Below the pieces are notes generated by a model, which was given only the letters and a program-made list of their open reading frames with translations, was not told the DNA's origin and made no database searches. Shown in pieces: positions 42,101 through 51,523 of a stretch of 62,902 nt of DNA (its first letter is position 1; each line of letters starts with the position of its first letter). The DNA lies in IMG/VR virus record IMGVR_UViG_3300034190_001790, positions 1 to 62,902 of that record. One strand, written 5' to 3'. The position numbers were made by a program, and so were the translations under genes. The DNA is from a virus (lineage: Duplodnaviria; Caudoviricetes).

Positions 42101-43099
42101 ATTATTTAATACTTGTTGTAAAGTAGCACTTGATCCAGTAACAGTTTGCCATGTTGGAGTTAAATAAGCTCCGTTAGATGTTAACACTTGTCCTGCTGTT
42201 CCAGGGTTTCCAGATAATAATATAGGAGTATTTGCTCCTGTTAAAGTAAGAGATCCTTGTGATAAAATAATTCTTCCTTGTGTAGCATAAGACGCTGCCG
42301 TACCATTTCCATTAAAATTAATTACACCCTGACCTGTTATTGTGTTAGTACCAGTTAAACTTATTCCACCAGTACCAGTTAATACAATACTACTATTTAA
42401 TAATGTATTCCCTGCGGTTACAACTTGTTGTAAGGTAGGATTTGTAAGTGTTGTAGCACTTGACCATTCTAAACCAGTTGCAGTTCTTCTTAAAAATTGT
42501 CCTGTAGTTCCGTAAAAATATACACCTGTACCATCATCTATACCTATTCTTGATGTTGGGCTTATGTCTAAATCTACCGCATCACTTAAAACTGCTTCTC
42601 CTAAAAATGTTGCAACTCCATAGGCCGTAAGATATGATGTTCCTTCAATTACTAATCCTCCACCAGTTGCTATTGTAAATACACCAGTTAAGTTTGGATT
42701 TGCTGTAGCAACTGGACTTACAGCTAATGTATCGTTCCATGATTGATTTGTTCCTGGTGCAGCAATCCAAGCTAATCCAGTTCCTGTAGAACTTAATACT
42801 TGTCCTGCGGTTCCATGAGAACCTAAGCCACCAGCAGATATTGTTTGAGGAAATATATCGTTTGCACTTATACTTGATCCTCCTGCGTCTGCATTACCAT
42901 TTAATTCTATATTAAGGTTAGATGTGTTACCTACCCCTAATACAGAATTAAGATCTTGGTTAACGGCTGCACCGCCCCCTATTGAGCTAACTGTAAATGT
43001 TACTGTCTTTTTGTTATCGCTAACATCTGTTCCAATAATTAAATCATTTGCAGCAGGTGTTACCGTTGGGTAAGCAGTAGTATTTTTTATTTTAGCCAT
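39113..43099 (-). CDS. tail fibre/spike with YadA-head-like repeats
   Basis: 1328 aa, G/T/S-rich; repeats TLQQV..GN and GTAGQVL, C-terminal (N/S)xAIG beta-roll repeats. Confidence 0.8.
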   Translation of the reverse strand: MAKIKNTTAYPTVTPAANDLIIGTDVSDNKKTVTFTVSSIGGGAAVNQDLNSVLGVGNTSNLNIELNGNADAGGSSISANDIFPQTISAGGLGSHGTAGQVLSSTGTGLAWIAAPGTNQSWNDTLAVSPVATANPNLTGVFTIATGGGLVIEGTSYLTAYGVATFLGEAVLSDAVDLDISPTSRIGIDDGTGVYFYGTTGQFLRRTATGLEWSSATTLTNPTLQQVVTAGNTLLNSSIVLTGTGGISLTGTNTITGQGVINFNGNGTAASYATQGRIILSQGSLTLTGANTPILLSGNPGTAGQVLTSNGAYLTPTWQTVTGSSATLQQVLNNGNSATQNIVLTGNVSIAQGSLQIASTSFIELNSDKGTLGQVLVSGGPSGPPTWAAAGTGTVTQVNVTDTTYVDMSVDNSTPSTPSVNAALITTGSVATGPGGLTQAFYDDDITGTNYTVQQGLTTTATVGSGSGIIVTINSTSGGNVVLSDLSFVSGGSGYASGDKFRVNQTGSDNNLIIEVDTIASGTYYDQTGKFSSPSGNDWDLAVSNVGNLITVTNSDGARSSSFTLQGSGGAVFSNAGSNNIELSFTGSGTGTVQSISLTDSTGSAGTAITSSGTFTFAEQAANGTYLRTTSAVSGTTITLSTETPTIQVVATKGGTLLDKALTIQNSNGTTNNSFVLGTTASPSVATAGQVLAFNSANGGYMEWVNQAAGGNMTSWNINGDTGGAGTVSDGETVTIAGGSGISTVSTPGTRTITIGNTGVLQVNSFAGNITLDGNANSTVGTKAVLTASITAAGTGYVANTYYPTTKISSVIGTATGVVVRVTSVNGTGGITGVQIYGGGKDWTIGDIFGVNFGATTAQCTVASVGATGTVTTTTWRGLSGTDVSSSTNYEIKSIGRFEDELTMYSSTINEVVSTGASSTFTGSFLSVGTSALAITPINGITLLDNTAEDLGLITRANDTNIKIGAYGSGWDYSNAACLNNIGIGGATNQSLTTGEHNIAIGENANLSNDTGNNNIAIGKDTLSTSAGGTGNIIIGGLAAKDAIPVGDIFIGSNAGRYASNNTGLPTNSTSQLRVVIGSFAMVGDATHKHEHNLGDVIIGDRAKSLKASTATGSNEGNGVYIGPLAAKGYGNFRSSGNSAYHVCIGYNSMGNGGASAREGQVAIGYAASVGSQTVETETYNTSTKGIAIGYESEGSGADYSSITRSGEGNIAIGVLAAGTNGSVIEGGTIAIGTSAIAQGENSIAIGKNSDASSGAGVDNAIAIGFGAQATFANSVAIGTSAATTSANTIAFGSNTQNLGVVASSVATASTHKWPVRINGVDYNILLAT

Positions 43100-43111
43100 A
43101 GGGTTGCATTT

Positions 43112-43384
43112 TTATTTTTCTACTTTCAAGTCAGCAGCCTCTTCTTTTGGAGCATCAGTAACTTCTCCTGTTTCTAAATTAATTGTAGCGTTCTTACCAT
43201 ATTTTTCCATTAAATTAATTTCTTCTTTTTGAAACCTTTCTTTAACTTCAGCAATCTTTTCCATTGTTTGATTTTGCTGTAATATAGTGTCGCCCAAAGT
43301 CATTTTTAAAGTATTAAACTCTGCTTGTAACTCTTGAAGTAATGTTAATTCTTCTTCCGTAAGTTTTTTCATATTTTCTTCCAT
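43112..43384 (-). CDS. coiled-coil hypothetical protein (possible fibre chaperone)
   Basis: 90 aa, EKYGKNATINLETGEV C-terminus; own -7 box at 43416-43423. Confidence 0.65.
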   Translation of the reverse strand: MEENMKKLTEEELTLLQELQAEFNTLKMTLGDTILQQNQTMEKIAEVKERFQKEEINLMEKYGKNATINLETGEVTDAPKEEAADLKVEK

Positions 43385-43453
43385 TTGATTATATTTATTT
43401 TAGTTATTAATTTAACAAAGATACAAATAATTATTTATGTAATTATTATATAA

Positions 43454-44350
43454 TTATGGTGGAGTATTGGTACTCCAGGTTGGTGAATTAACTCCTGAAC
43501 CAGTAAATGAATTAGTTGAACTATCAGCGTAAGAAGTTCCTGTTCCTTCATTAAATCTCCACCATGCTAATAAGTTTGCAGACTGATTATAATTACCCGA
43601 ATTTGAACTTAAATCAATAGGCGTGCCTGAATTATAAATAGCTGCTATATTTGTGGCGTTAAGTGCTGTAGAAAATACTGCTAAATTATTTAACTCGCCA
43701 TCAAAAAAGTTTACATTACTTGCTCTTCTCCAAACCCCTAAACTTGAATTACCATTGTATGCTAAAGTAACTGTTTGAAGTCCAGATCTTGTATAAGTTC
43801 CGCTATATGCAGAACCGTTAATATATATTATCCATTCGTCTCTATCTTGCGTAGAGCCCATACTTCCTGAAGGTAAAACAACTGCTAAGTGATACCATTG
43901 GCCAGTTGAAATAGTTGAATTAGCTGTTCTTATAGTATTTCTGTTATTACTACCAGCCCCAGCAAAACCTTGATTTAATCCCATAACATGAAAAACTAAA
44001 GCTCCATTTCCATTAACCACCATTTTTAATCCATAGTAATTATTAGTACAACAATTTCCTAAATCATAAATAAAATCTCCACCACCCGTACCAATAGTAT
44101 CTATGTATACCCAAGCTGTTAAAGTCAGTCCGCTAGTATTAATTGAAGATTGAGATGGATTTAAAGCAGAAGAGGTTTGATTTCCTAAATCAACATATTG
44201 CGAACTACCATTTAAGTCTACAGAATAATCTGTAGTAAATCCTGATGGAACAGCAATAGTATTAATTTCTTCTATAGTAGATAACGAAATGGTATCAACT
44301 TTGTTAATACCAGTCATCGATACAGTATTTAGTTTATCTATAGTAGCCAT
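43454..44350 (-). CDS. LamG/concanavalin A-like lectin domain virion protein
   Basis: SVDLNGSSQYV, TLTAWVY, GQWYHLAVV, FFDGELNNLAVF, LLAWWRFNEG. Confidence 0.8.
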   Translation of the reverse strand: MATIDKLNTVSMTGINKVDTISLSTIEEINTIAVPSGFTTDYSVDLNGSSQYVDLGNQTSSALNPSQSSINTSGLTLTAWVYIDTIGTGGGDFIYDLGNCCTNNYYGLKMVVNGNGALVFHVMGLNQGFAGAGSNNRNTIRTANSTISTGQWYHLAVVLPSGSMGSTQDRDEWIIYINGSAYSGTYTRSGLQTVTLAYNGNSSLGVWRRASNVNFFDGELNNLAVFSTALNATNIAAIYNSGTPIDLSSNSGNYNQSANLLAWWRFNEGTGTSYADSSTNSFTGSGVNSPTWSTNTPP

Positions 44351-44351
44351 A

Positions 44352-46559
44352 TTATGATAGCTCTATAAATGTATTGTCTGGGTGAAAAAATATTTGACCA
44401 TTAGTTGAGTCTATTTGTGTGCCTATTATTCTAACAAAAGCACCAGTTCCTGAAGGCGGCTCGTGAGTTACTGTACCCGCACTTGAGCTACTTAAATATA
44501 ACGGACTACCTGTTGTTGATCCTGTTGAGGTGTAACTTAAAGTATACATACCTCTGGTTAACATTCCTGCTGAAACAGTAGTTCCTAATGCTATAGCTAA
44601 TAATCCAGCTGATTTACCAGCCGAAGTAGCTAGAGTAGCGTCCCATATACCATCAGTTGTGGTAAAAACATATAATTTACCTTGAGTTAAAGAACCTGTT
44701 GCTGTACCAAAGTATACTATCTCTCCTTGATAAGAGTGATCTATATTATCAGTTTTATCTATTTGAGTATTAGCGTTCCATGTTCCTGTTGTAACTCCTC
44801 CACCAACACCAGTTGAAGTTTCTGTAGTAATCAAGTTTGGTAAATCCTCAACAGCTAATCTGTTAAAATTTACAGTTGGATTAACGGTTGTAGACCCTGA
44901 AATAGTTAAAGGGTTATTTGCTGTTGCTCCAGTAGTTGGGTTTGCTGCTGAAACAGATGTTACTGTACCATTATTTAAAGCTGTCACAGTAATATTTCCA
45001 GAAGATGTTATAGGCGAATTAGAAACACTTATTCCTGTACCTGCCGTTATTCCTACTGAAGTAACTGTTCCTTGAGGAGCTAAAGAAGTTATTTCTTGTA
45101 TTTCATATGCTCTTGTTTCTCCTGAACTACTAGAATCTAGCCCAATCATTATAAGATCATTTTCATCTGGTGAGCCTGTACCTCCTGGACAGTCTGCAAT
45201 TAATCCTGTTGCAGTATAATCTACAGATATTGTGCCTGATGTATTTATAGTACCTCCTGTTAAACCATCTCCTGCGGTTACTCCTGTAACTGTTCCAGCT
45301 GCAAATGGTAACTGATTAATAGTAGCTTTTTTTATAGTAGTATCAGTTGCGTCAGAAAACCATATGGTATCTGTTCCAACTGGTGCTTCTGAAGTTGCTA
45401 CTAAAATTGCATTATCAGCACCTGCATAATCAATATTTACAGTTGGGGTAACTGAGGCACTTCCTGAAACTGATATTCCTGTTCCTCCTGAAACTGAAGT
45501 AACTGTACCTACTGTAAGGGTAGCTAAAGATAAATCTCCTAATATTACTTGAGAAGATGTTCCAGCTCCAGCAATATTTATAGTTCCTGAAGTGGTTATT
45601 GGCGAGTTAGTAATTGTTAAAGCACTACCAGTTTCTGTAATAGCAACTGAACTTACTGTTCCGTAATTTTGTCCTTGTACCCACGCAGTAGAAGCTGCAA
45701 AAGTTGTATTATCTGATAACCCTCGTGTACCTACATCAGGAACTGTACCAAATGTTTTTGTTCCGTTTATTGTTTGTGCTCCTGAAGTTACAACTACTGT
45801 ATTATCAACGTCAATAGTTAAATTATATCCACTATTAGATGTAGTAATTCCTGTTCCTCCTATTAAGTCTATTGTGTTTCCGTCTGATATTGTTTGAGAA
45901 GAACCTGCACCAGAATCAGTTTCTATAATCCATGAAGACATTGTCCCTGGACTAAATGTAGCTAAAGACCCATCTCCTCTAATATACTGACTTGTTGTTC
46001 CTGCTCCAGTTACAGCTATAGTACCGCTAGTAGTTACTGGAGAGCTTGATACTGTAAAGGCAGAAGGCATAGTTAAACCAACACTTGTTACAGTCCCATT
46101 TCCTGTTCCCGCTCCAATATCAGATCTTACCTCCGCACCTGTTCTAAATCCTACTAATCCTCCATTGCTAACTAAAAATTTATCTGTATCTGAATTTGGA
46201 TTATTTATTGTGCTTATAGTAGCACTACCTGTTACAGTAACACCTACCGATGTTGTTTCAAATTTAACCGAGCTATTTGCATATAATTTTACTACGCTAT
46301 TACCTGAACTTGTTTCTACAAAATCTGCAAGATTATCGTTTTGACCTATAAAGTTTATTTCATTAGCCAATATCTTTATCGGCTTTGGCGTAGGGCCAGC
46401 TCCTCCTGCGTTTCTTATAGCACTTATAATGTTTGAAGTAGAGACAGAACTTGGGGCGTTATGAAATATAGTAAAATCGGCTTCTCCGTTTGTGTGCTCA
46501 CCAAACTGCAACTTTACGTTGTCGTCAAAGTGTAGTGTGTTAAATACATTAGCAGCCAT
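44352..46559 (-). CDS. tail fibre protein
   Basis: 735 aa with GTVTSV and PITTSGTI repeats; -7 box at 46575-46582. Confidence 0.75.
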   Translation of the reverse strand: MAANVFNTLHFDDNVKLQFGEHTNGEADFTIFHNAPSSVSTSNIISAIRNAGGAGPTPKPIKILANEINFIGQNDNLADFVETSSGNSVVKLYANSSVKFETTSVGVTVTGSATISTINNPNSDTDKFLVSNGGLVGFRTGAEVRSDIGAGTGNGTVTSVGLTMPSAFTVSSSPVTTSGTIAVTGAGTTSQYIRGDGSLATFSPGTMSSWIIETDSGAGSSQTISDGNTIDLIGGTGITTSNSGYNLTIDVDNTVVVTSGAQTINGTKTFGTVPDVGTRGLSDNTTFAASTAWVQGQNYGTVSSVAITETGSALTITNSPITTSGTINIAGAGTSSQVILGDLSLATLTVGTVTSVSGGTGISVSGSASVTPTVNIDYAGADNAILVATSEAPVGTDTIWFSDATDTTIKKATINQLPFAAGTVTGVTAGDGLTGGTINTSGTISVDYTATGLIADCPGGTGSPDENDLIMIGLDSSSSGETRAYEIQEITSLAPQGTVTSVGITAGTGISVSNSPITSSGNITVTALNNGTVTSVSAANPTTGATANNPLTISGSTTVNPTVNFNRLAVEDLPNLITTETSTGVGGGVTTGTWNANTQIDKTDNIDHSYQGEIVYFGTATGSLTQGKLYVFTTTDGIWDATLATSAGKSAGLLAIALGTTVSAGMLTRGMYTLSYTSTGSTTGSPLYLSSSSAGTVTHEPPSGTGAFVRIIGTQIDSTNGQIFFHPDNTFIELS

Positions 46560-46636
46560 AAAAATAGATTTTTACAAATATACGAATTTAATTAAAAGCG
46601 TTTCGCTAATAATCAAACTCGTATATGTGATTTGGA

Positions 46637-49288
46637 TTAAAGTATTTCGGTAATTAATACTCTTGCTTCATTAGTGTCTAAAGCTTCTACTGTACTAAGA
46701 GTTACTTGACTTGTAGAGTTTCTTTCAACACTCACCATAATTGTATCATAAGGAGCTTCATTTCTATATACTTGTACCATAACATCTCTTGTGCCTAAAT
46801 TGTGAGTTACTGTGTATGTTGTTGCTGAGTTATTTCCAATGTTGGCAACAGCATTATGATTGTTTCCAATACAAGTTGTAACTGCTTGACAAAAGTCTGT
46901 TATTTGTGAAGATGGTATTGCAATAGTATTTTCAGACATTGCGGTAACAAATCCTTTTGCATCAACTGTTGCACTTAAAGATTTAGTTACGCCACCATAA
47001 GATGCAGCTGTAACACCAGAGTTATCTATAGTAACAAATCCGTTTGCTGTAACACTAAAGTTTGCTGAATCAAATCCTGCAACCCCTTTTGCCGTAGCAC
47101 CATCAGTTGCTCCTGCTCCTGCAATGTTTTCGTCAGCTATAACTACTGTATAGTCAGATTTTGATGGAGATGAACTTGCTGTAATATCTGAGTTAGCAAA
47201 TAATAAATCTCCTGGCTCTAATTGCGTACTAAAGAACGCTGAACCTGCTACAGTAACTACAAAAAAGTCACCTTGATTTAATGCTACGTTGGCTGCACCA
47301 GATAATGCTGGTGAGTTTGTACTTGCATTATATCCTCCTTGGAATGCTCCTACTCCACCAACCTGTGCTAATACGTAAGCTTTAGATGCAGCATCTGTTG
47401 AAGCAGATGGTGTTGTTGGTACAGTTACTTGACCAGCAAACGCTGATTGACCTGTGCTTGTTACATTTAATGCTCCTGTTGATTCTATTCCTCCTGACCC
47501 TACTGTTAAGCTTGACGTAATAGTTACATCACTTGGTAAACCAATAGTAATGTCTCCTCCATTTCCTGTTGATGGAGTTGTAATTTCAATTTCGCCAGTT
47601 GTTCCTGAGAACTTAGCTGTTGTTGTAGAACCACCCGAAGAACCAACTAAAGATAATGTAGATTCGTTAGATGACACAGCACCTACACTTAATGCATAAT
47701 TTGCGTCAGTATTAGTTACTGTATTAGTAACTGTTACAGCTCCAGTTGCACCACTTACACTTATTCCAGTTCCAGCTACTATAGATGTTACACCTGTGTT
47801 AGATATTGTTACGTTTCCTGTTGCCCCACTTACTCCAATACCTGTTCCAGCAATGTTGCTTAAAACACCTGAGTTAGTAATCGTCATTCCAGTTGCTGTA
47901 GTTGCTGTAGATATACCTGATCCTCCAGCCAAATCAGCAACGGCAGTGCTTGTAACATTTAGGTTAGTACCCGAATCACCTTGTAAAGTCCAGTATTGAT
48001 AATTATCACTTGTTGGAACAGTAGGCATTGTAACAGTTTTTGTATTAACTGCTGTAACATGGCCTGTTGTATTTGTAGTGACAGAATCAATAGCAGTAAA
48101 TGTTCCTCCCGATCCAGGAGAGCCTGAGCTTGTAGTATCACTTCTTGATGTTGAATCGTGAGCAAGCGTTACTGTTCTTGTTCCTCCAATAGAACCACTT
48201 ATATAAGTACCCCCTACAACATCTACAACTTGCCCATTACTTACAGTTTGATTAGAACCAGTAGTTGAACCTATAGTCCAAGAAGACATTGAACCAGATG
48301 AACCACTGCTTGCTGCTGTAATACGTCCTTGCTGGTCAACTGTAATACTTGCTAAAGTATAAGAACCTGGAGTTACTGCTGTATCATCAAGAGTAATTGT
48401 TAAATCATCAGTTGCACTTGCTACTGTTGAAAGACCTGTTCCCCCTACAAATGTTGCAGTGTTTCCATTAGTTATACTTTGTGAACCACTGTCTCCAGCT
48501 AAAGTCCAAGAATCCATAGAACCAGTTCCTCCTGTGTACGCAATAGTAACCGCTCCAGTAGAACTTGATACACTTATGTTTGAACCTGCAACCGCTGAAG
48601 TAACACCAGTGTTTGTTATTGTTAAAAGGTTAGGTGTTCCTGAAGCAACAGATGTGCTAATTCCAGTTCCTCCTGTAAAGTCTACTCTTTCACCATCTGA
48701 AATGTCTTGTGCAGTTCCTGAATCAGCTTCTAAACTCCACGAAGTATATGCTCCAGCTGGTGTAGCCCAAACATTATCTCCTCTAAGGAATGTAGTTGCA
48801 CCAGGAGTTCCAGTTGCTGATAAATCAATAGTTCCCATTGTAACTGCTCCAGTAGCACTTGAGTTGGCTGTAGAGGCTGAAACGAAAGTTCCATTTGTAT
48901 TAGTAAAAGATGTTACTCCTAATGTAGCTGTTCCACTTGAAGCCGCTGTTACAATACCCTGTGCGTTAACAGTTACAGTTGCATGTGTATATGTATTTGC
49001 AGTTACACCAGAATTAGGCATATTAACCGATATTGTCCCACTACTTGTTATTGGAGAACTACCAATAGTTAAATAGTTACTTGATATTCCAACAGAGGTA
49101 ACTGTACCTGCATTTGAATCTAAAGTTACCCAACTTCCTCCGTTGTAAAATTTAAGAACATTTTGGTCTGATCTATATATTAACTGACCTTCACCAGTTA
49201 CGGAAGGATCAGCGGTTACGTTCTGTACTTTAAAGTTTTGTAGCTCGGTGTTATTGAGCGAGACATTTTGTAAAAAATTAATTGCCAT
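46637..49288 (-). CDS. tail fibre protein
   Basis: 883 aa with SWTL.GDSG, VTVD..GRITAASSG and VTSIVAGTGISVS repeats; C-terminal VTHNLGT domain. Confidence 0.75.
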   Translation of the reverse strand: MAINFLQNVSLNNTELQNFKVQNVTADPSVTGEGQLIYRSDQNVLKFYNGGSWVTLDSNAGTVTSVGISSNYLTIGSSPITSSGTISVNMPNSGVTANTYTHATVTVNAQGIVTAASSGTATLGVTSFTNTNGTFVSASTANSSATGAVTMGTIDLSATGTPGATTFLRGDNVWATPAGAYTSWSLEADSGTAQDISDGERVDFTGGTGISTSVASGTPNLLTITNTGVTSAVAGSNISVSSSTGAVTIAYTGGTGSMDSWTLAGDSGSQSITNGNTATFVGGTGLSTVASATDDLTITLDDTAVTPGSYTLASITVDQQGRITAASSGSSGSMSSWTIGSTTGSNQTVSNGQVVDVVGGTYISGSIGGTRTVTLAHDSTSRSDTTSSGSPGSGGTFTAIDSVTTNTTGHVTAVNTKTVTMPTVPTSDNYQYWTLQGDSGTNLNVTSTAVADLAGGSGISTATTATGMTITNSGVLSNIAGTGIGVSGATGNVTISNTGVTSIVAGTGISVSGATGAVTVTNTVTNTDANYALSVGAVSSNESTLSLVGSSGGSTTTAKFSGTTGEIEITTPSTGNGGDITIGLPSDVTITSSLTVGSGGIESTGALNVTSTGQSAFAGQVTVPTTPSASTDAASKAYVLAQVGGVGAFQGGYNASTNSPALSGAANVALNQGDFFVVTVAGSAFFSTQLEPGDLLFANSDITASSSPSKSDYTVVIADENIAGAGATDGATAKGVAGFDSANFSVTANGFVTIDNSGVTAASYGGVTKSLSATVDAKGFVTAMSENTIAIPSSQITDFCQAVTTCIGNNHNAVANIGNNSATTYTVTHNLGTRDVMVQVYRNEAPYDTIMVSVERNSTSQVTLSTVEALDTNEARVLITEIL

Positions 49289-49308
49289 GTTATCTGTGTT
49301 TTATATTG

Positions 49309-49701
49309 TTAAAATTTATAGGTTAAACTTAATTTAAGTTCTCCTTCACTGTCTTCTGATTCCATATCTAATAAATAAGACGGCTCAATGTAAAGATTAT
49401 CCCATACATTTAATGCATACCCTACGCCTAAAGAAATCTCTTCTTCTTCAGTCATTAATCCATATGCATATATTTTTTCGCCAAAAGAGTATCTAGCTAC
49501 TAAATTATAATCATCTCCATTCATCATTATTCCTGCACTTATTTTATCCATAGAGTATAATACTCCAATGTTGTCAGTTAAGTTATCTAAACTTATTTCT
49601 TCTCCATCGGCTGGTGAACTAACCATGCTAGTTACCATAAATTGTGCAGAAGCAAAAATTGTCATTAAACTTAATACTGATGTTAAAAATATTTTTTTCA
49701 T
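49309..49701 (-). CDS. small outer-membrane beta-barrel-like protein
   Basis: Sec signal peptide (MKKIFLTSVLSLMTIFASA-Q), amphipathic strands (LGVGYAL, LYIEPSY), C-terminal LKLSLTYKF beta-signal. Confidence 0.7.
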   Translation of the reverse strand: MKKIFLTSVLSLMTIFASAQFMVTSMVSSPADGEEISLDNLTDNIGVLYSMDKISAGIMMNGDDYNLVARYSFGEKIYAYGLMTEEEEISLGVGYALNVWDNLYIEPSYLLDMESEDSEGELKLSLTYKF

Positions 49702-49715
49702 GTTTTGTTTTTTAG

Positions 49716-50438
49716 TTAGTTAAAAAAGGCCTTTCCTGTTTGTGGCCCGTTAAAAGTTATTGTCACTTGATTTAAACTATCATACTCTACATCTCCATAT
49801 ACTGTTTCTAACGCTGAGTTAGTAACAGAAACAGACGGATACTTATTTAATCCATGATTTACTACCCAAGGATTAGCTGATACGTTTTGAGAAAACACAT
49901 AATTTTTGTCTCCCGAAACCGCTCCGCCATACGTTAGCAAAGATATGAAATAATCTTTATCGTTTTGAAGGTTACCTGCTCCCGCCTTAAATGTCACACC
50001 TATGTCAAAAAAATCAGGTTCAGCCCCATCTTGTACTGCTGAATTCCAATCATATACACCAAAGTTTGAAGGGTTATCTGTTTGTGAAATTAGAACTACT
50101 GAAGATATCAGTGGTACTGAATAGTACGAAGAAACGTCTATGTTTGATTTTAACATAAACTTGCTTAACATAAATGTTGTTAAAGATGAAAAGGCAGGAG
50201 TTCCAGCTCCTGAGTTTGAGAAAGAAATTGTACCAGATCTTCTTACCTCACCAGTATTCCAGTTTTGATACTGATATCTTAATGCATTGCTTTCTATTTT
50301 ATTGTTTGTGTTAAGAAAGATAGCAATGTCATCAAAAGTAAAATTCTTTGTTGCCATAGCATTTATAGCGTCACTACCTATAACCTTATCAGTTCCTACT
50401 ATTACAGACTGTATTGGATACGATGCTATTTTTGCCAT
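49716..50438 (-). CDS. tail/virion structural protein
   Basis: N-terminus resembles that of the 39113-43099 fibre; C-terminal WVVNHGLNKYPSVSV resembles the VTHNLG domain of 46637-49288. Confidence 0.65.
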   Translation of the reverse strand: MAKIASYPIQSVIVGTDKVIGSDAINAMATKNFTFDDIAIFLNTNNKIESNALRYQYQNWNTGEVRRSGTISFSNSGAGTPAFSSLTTFMLSKFMLKSNIDVSSYYSVPLISSVVLISQTDNPSNFGVYDWNSAVQDGAEPDFFDIGVTFKAGAGNLQNDKDYFISLLTYGGAVSGDKNYVFSQNVSANPWVVNHGLNKYPSVSVTNSALETVYGDVEYDSLNQVTITFNGPQTGKAFFN

Positions 50439-50842
50439 TACTTGTTTTTGATTTTAGTTCCTTTTTCATATGAGCGTCCTCCAAAGTATGCAGCAACAAC
50501 AGTAACTAGCAAAACTTTTAAAAGATCTTTCCACTCATTATCAACTACAAAGGTAATAAATCCTGAATCAATAAAAATAAGCAAGATTGTACTAAAAATC
50601 AAAAAAATTAAAACAGCTGGTCTAACTGATTTTGAGAGCTTGTTATCTGAAGTCATATCGCTTTTCCAGCGTTCTGTAACATTCTTTTGTTCTTCATTAG
50701 CAGCGTTATTAAGTATCTCTAACATTTCTTTTTTAAATGCTACTTTTTCATCAGGAGTTTGAACAAACTTGTCAACCACGCTACTAACCTTGTCTGCCAC
50801 TTCCATTCCTGCTGAACCAAATATTTTACTCCATATACTCAT
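50438..50842 (-). CDS. holin (GTA 3TM-holin-like)
   Basis: RWKSDM...SKSVRP + two TM helices + AYFGGRSYEK; adjacent to the endolysin. Confidence 0.75.
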   Translation of the reverse strand: MSIWSKIFGSAGMEVADKVSSVVDKFVQTPDEKVAFKKEMLEILNNAANEEQKNVTERWKSDMTSDNKLSKSVRPAVLIFLIFSTILLIFIDSGFITFVVDNEWKDLLKVLLVTVVAAYFGGRSYEKGTKIKNK

Positions 50843-51252
50843 AAGTCTTTGTATTCTTTTTTTGCATCAAAACTTGGACAATCTTTACTTGAAAAATCTC
50901 TATGCCCATAGACCACTGCCTCTGGGTGAAATTTTTTTAATGTTTTAAGAAGTAAAATTAAAGATTCTTTTTGTTGATCTGTTCGGGTATCTTCCCAAGT
51001 CTTCATTTCTTTATCCATACCACCGATATAGCATATTCCCAAACTATCATAGTTATGTCCCTTAACATGGGCACCATACTTGTCAACCATTCTGCCATAT
51101 TCTATTTTTCCGTCTAGTCTTACAACAAAGTGATAACCTATATCGTCCCAGCCGTTTCCTTTTACATGCCAGTCTCTAATATCTTCTGCTGAAAAATCTT
51201 TATTTCGAGGTGTAGCAGAACAATGAACAATAATTTTTTTTATTGCTCTCAT
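50839..51252 (-). CDS. endolysin, N-acetylmuramoyl-L-alanine amidase (T7 lysozyme/Amidase_2)
   Basis: IIVHCSAT, GWDDIGYH, GAHVKGHN, GICYIGG, GHRD, KDCPSF. Confidence 0.92.
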   Translation of the reverse strand: MRAIKKIIVHCSATPRNKDFSAEDIRDWHVKGNGWDDIGYHFVVRLDGKIEYGRMVDKYGAHVKGHNYDSLGICYIGGMDKEMKTWEDTRTDQQKESLILLLKTLKKFHPEAVVYGHRDFSSKDCPSFDAKKEYKDL

Positions 51253-51255
51253 TCA

Positions 51256-51522
51256 TTATTTTCTTAATTGATAAATTCTCTCGTCTAACCTATTAAGAGT
51301 TTCTTTCATTTCTAACATTTCTGTTTTAATAAAGACCAACTCTTTTTGTATTTCTATCATTTGCTCTGTAGGAAGTTGACTTGGCTTTGGTAATTCTTTA
51401 GCTTCTTCTATCTGAGCCTGTAAGGAATAATACATTCCCACCATACTTCCTATTAACACAATTATAGTGAAAAAGTTTTTAGGGCTTAAACTAAACTTTG
51501 TGTTTTCAGAAATAACTGTCAT
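51256..51522 (-). CDS. membrane-anchored coiled-coil protein (lysis-associated?)
   Basis: single TM helix followed by heptad repeats, directly upstream of the endolysin. Confidence 0.55.
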   Translation of the reverse strand: MTVISENTKFSLSPKNFFTIIVLIGSMVGMYYSLQAQIEEAKELPKPSQLPTEQMIEIQKELVFIKTEMLEMKETLNRLDERIYQLRK

Positions 51523-51523
51523 A

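Noticed and set aside
39113-49288. Diversity-generating retroelement or invertible tail-fibre cassette
   Set aside because: No reverse transcriptase or invertase ORF, and no adenine-variable template/variable repeat pair seen; the repeats are at protein level
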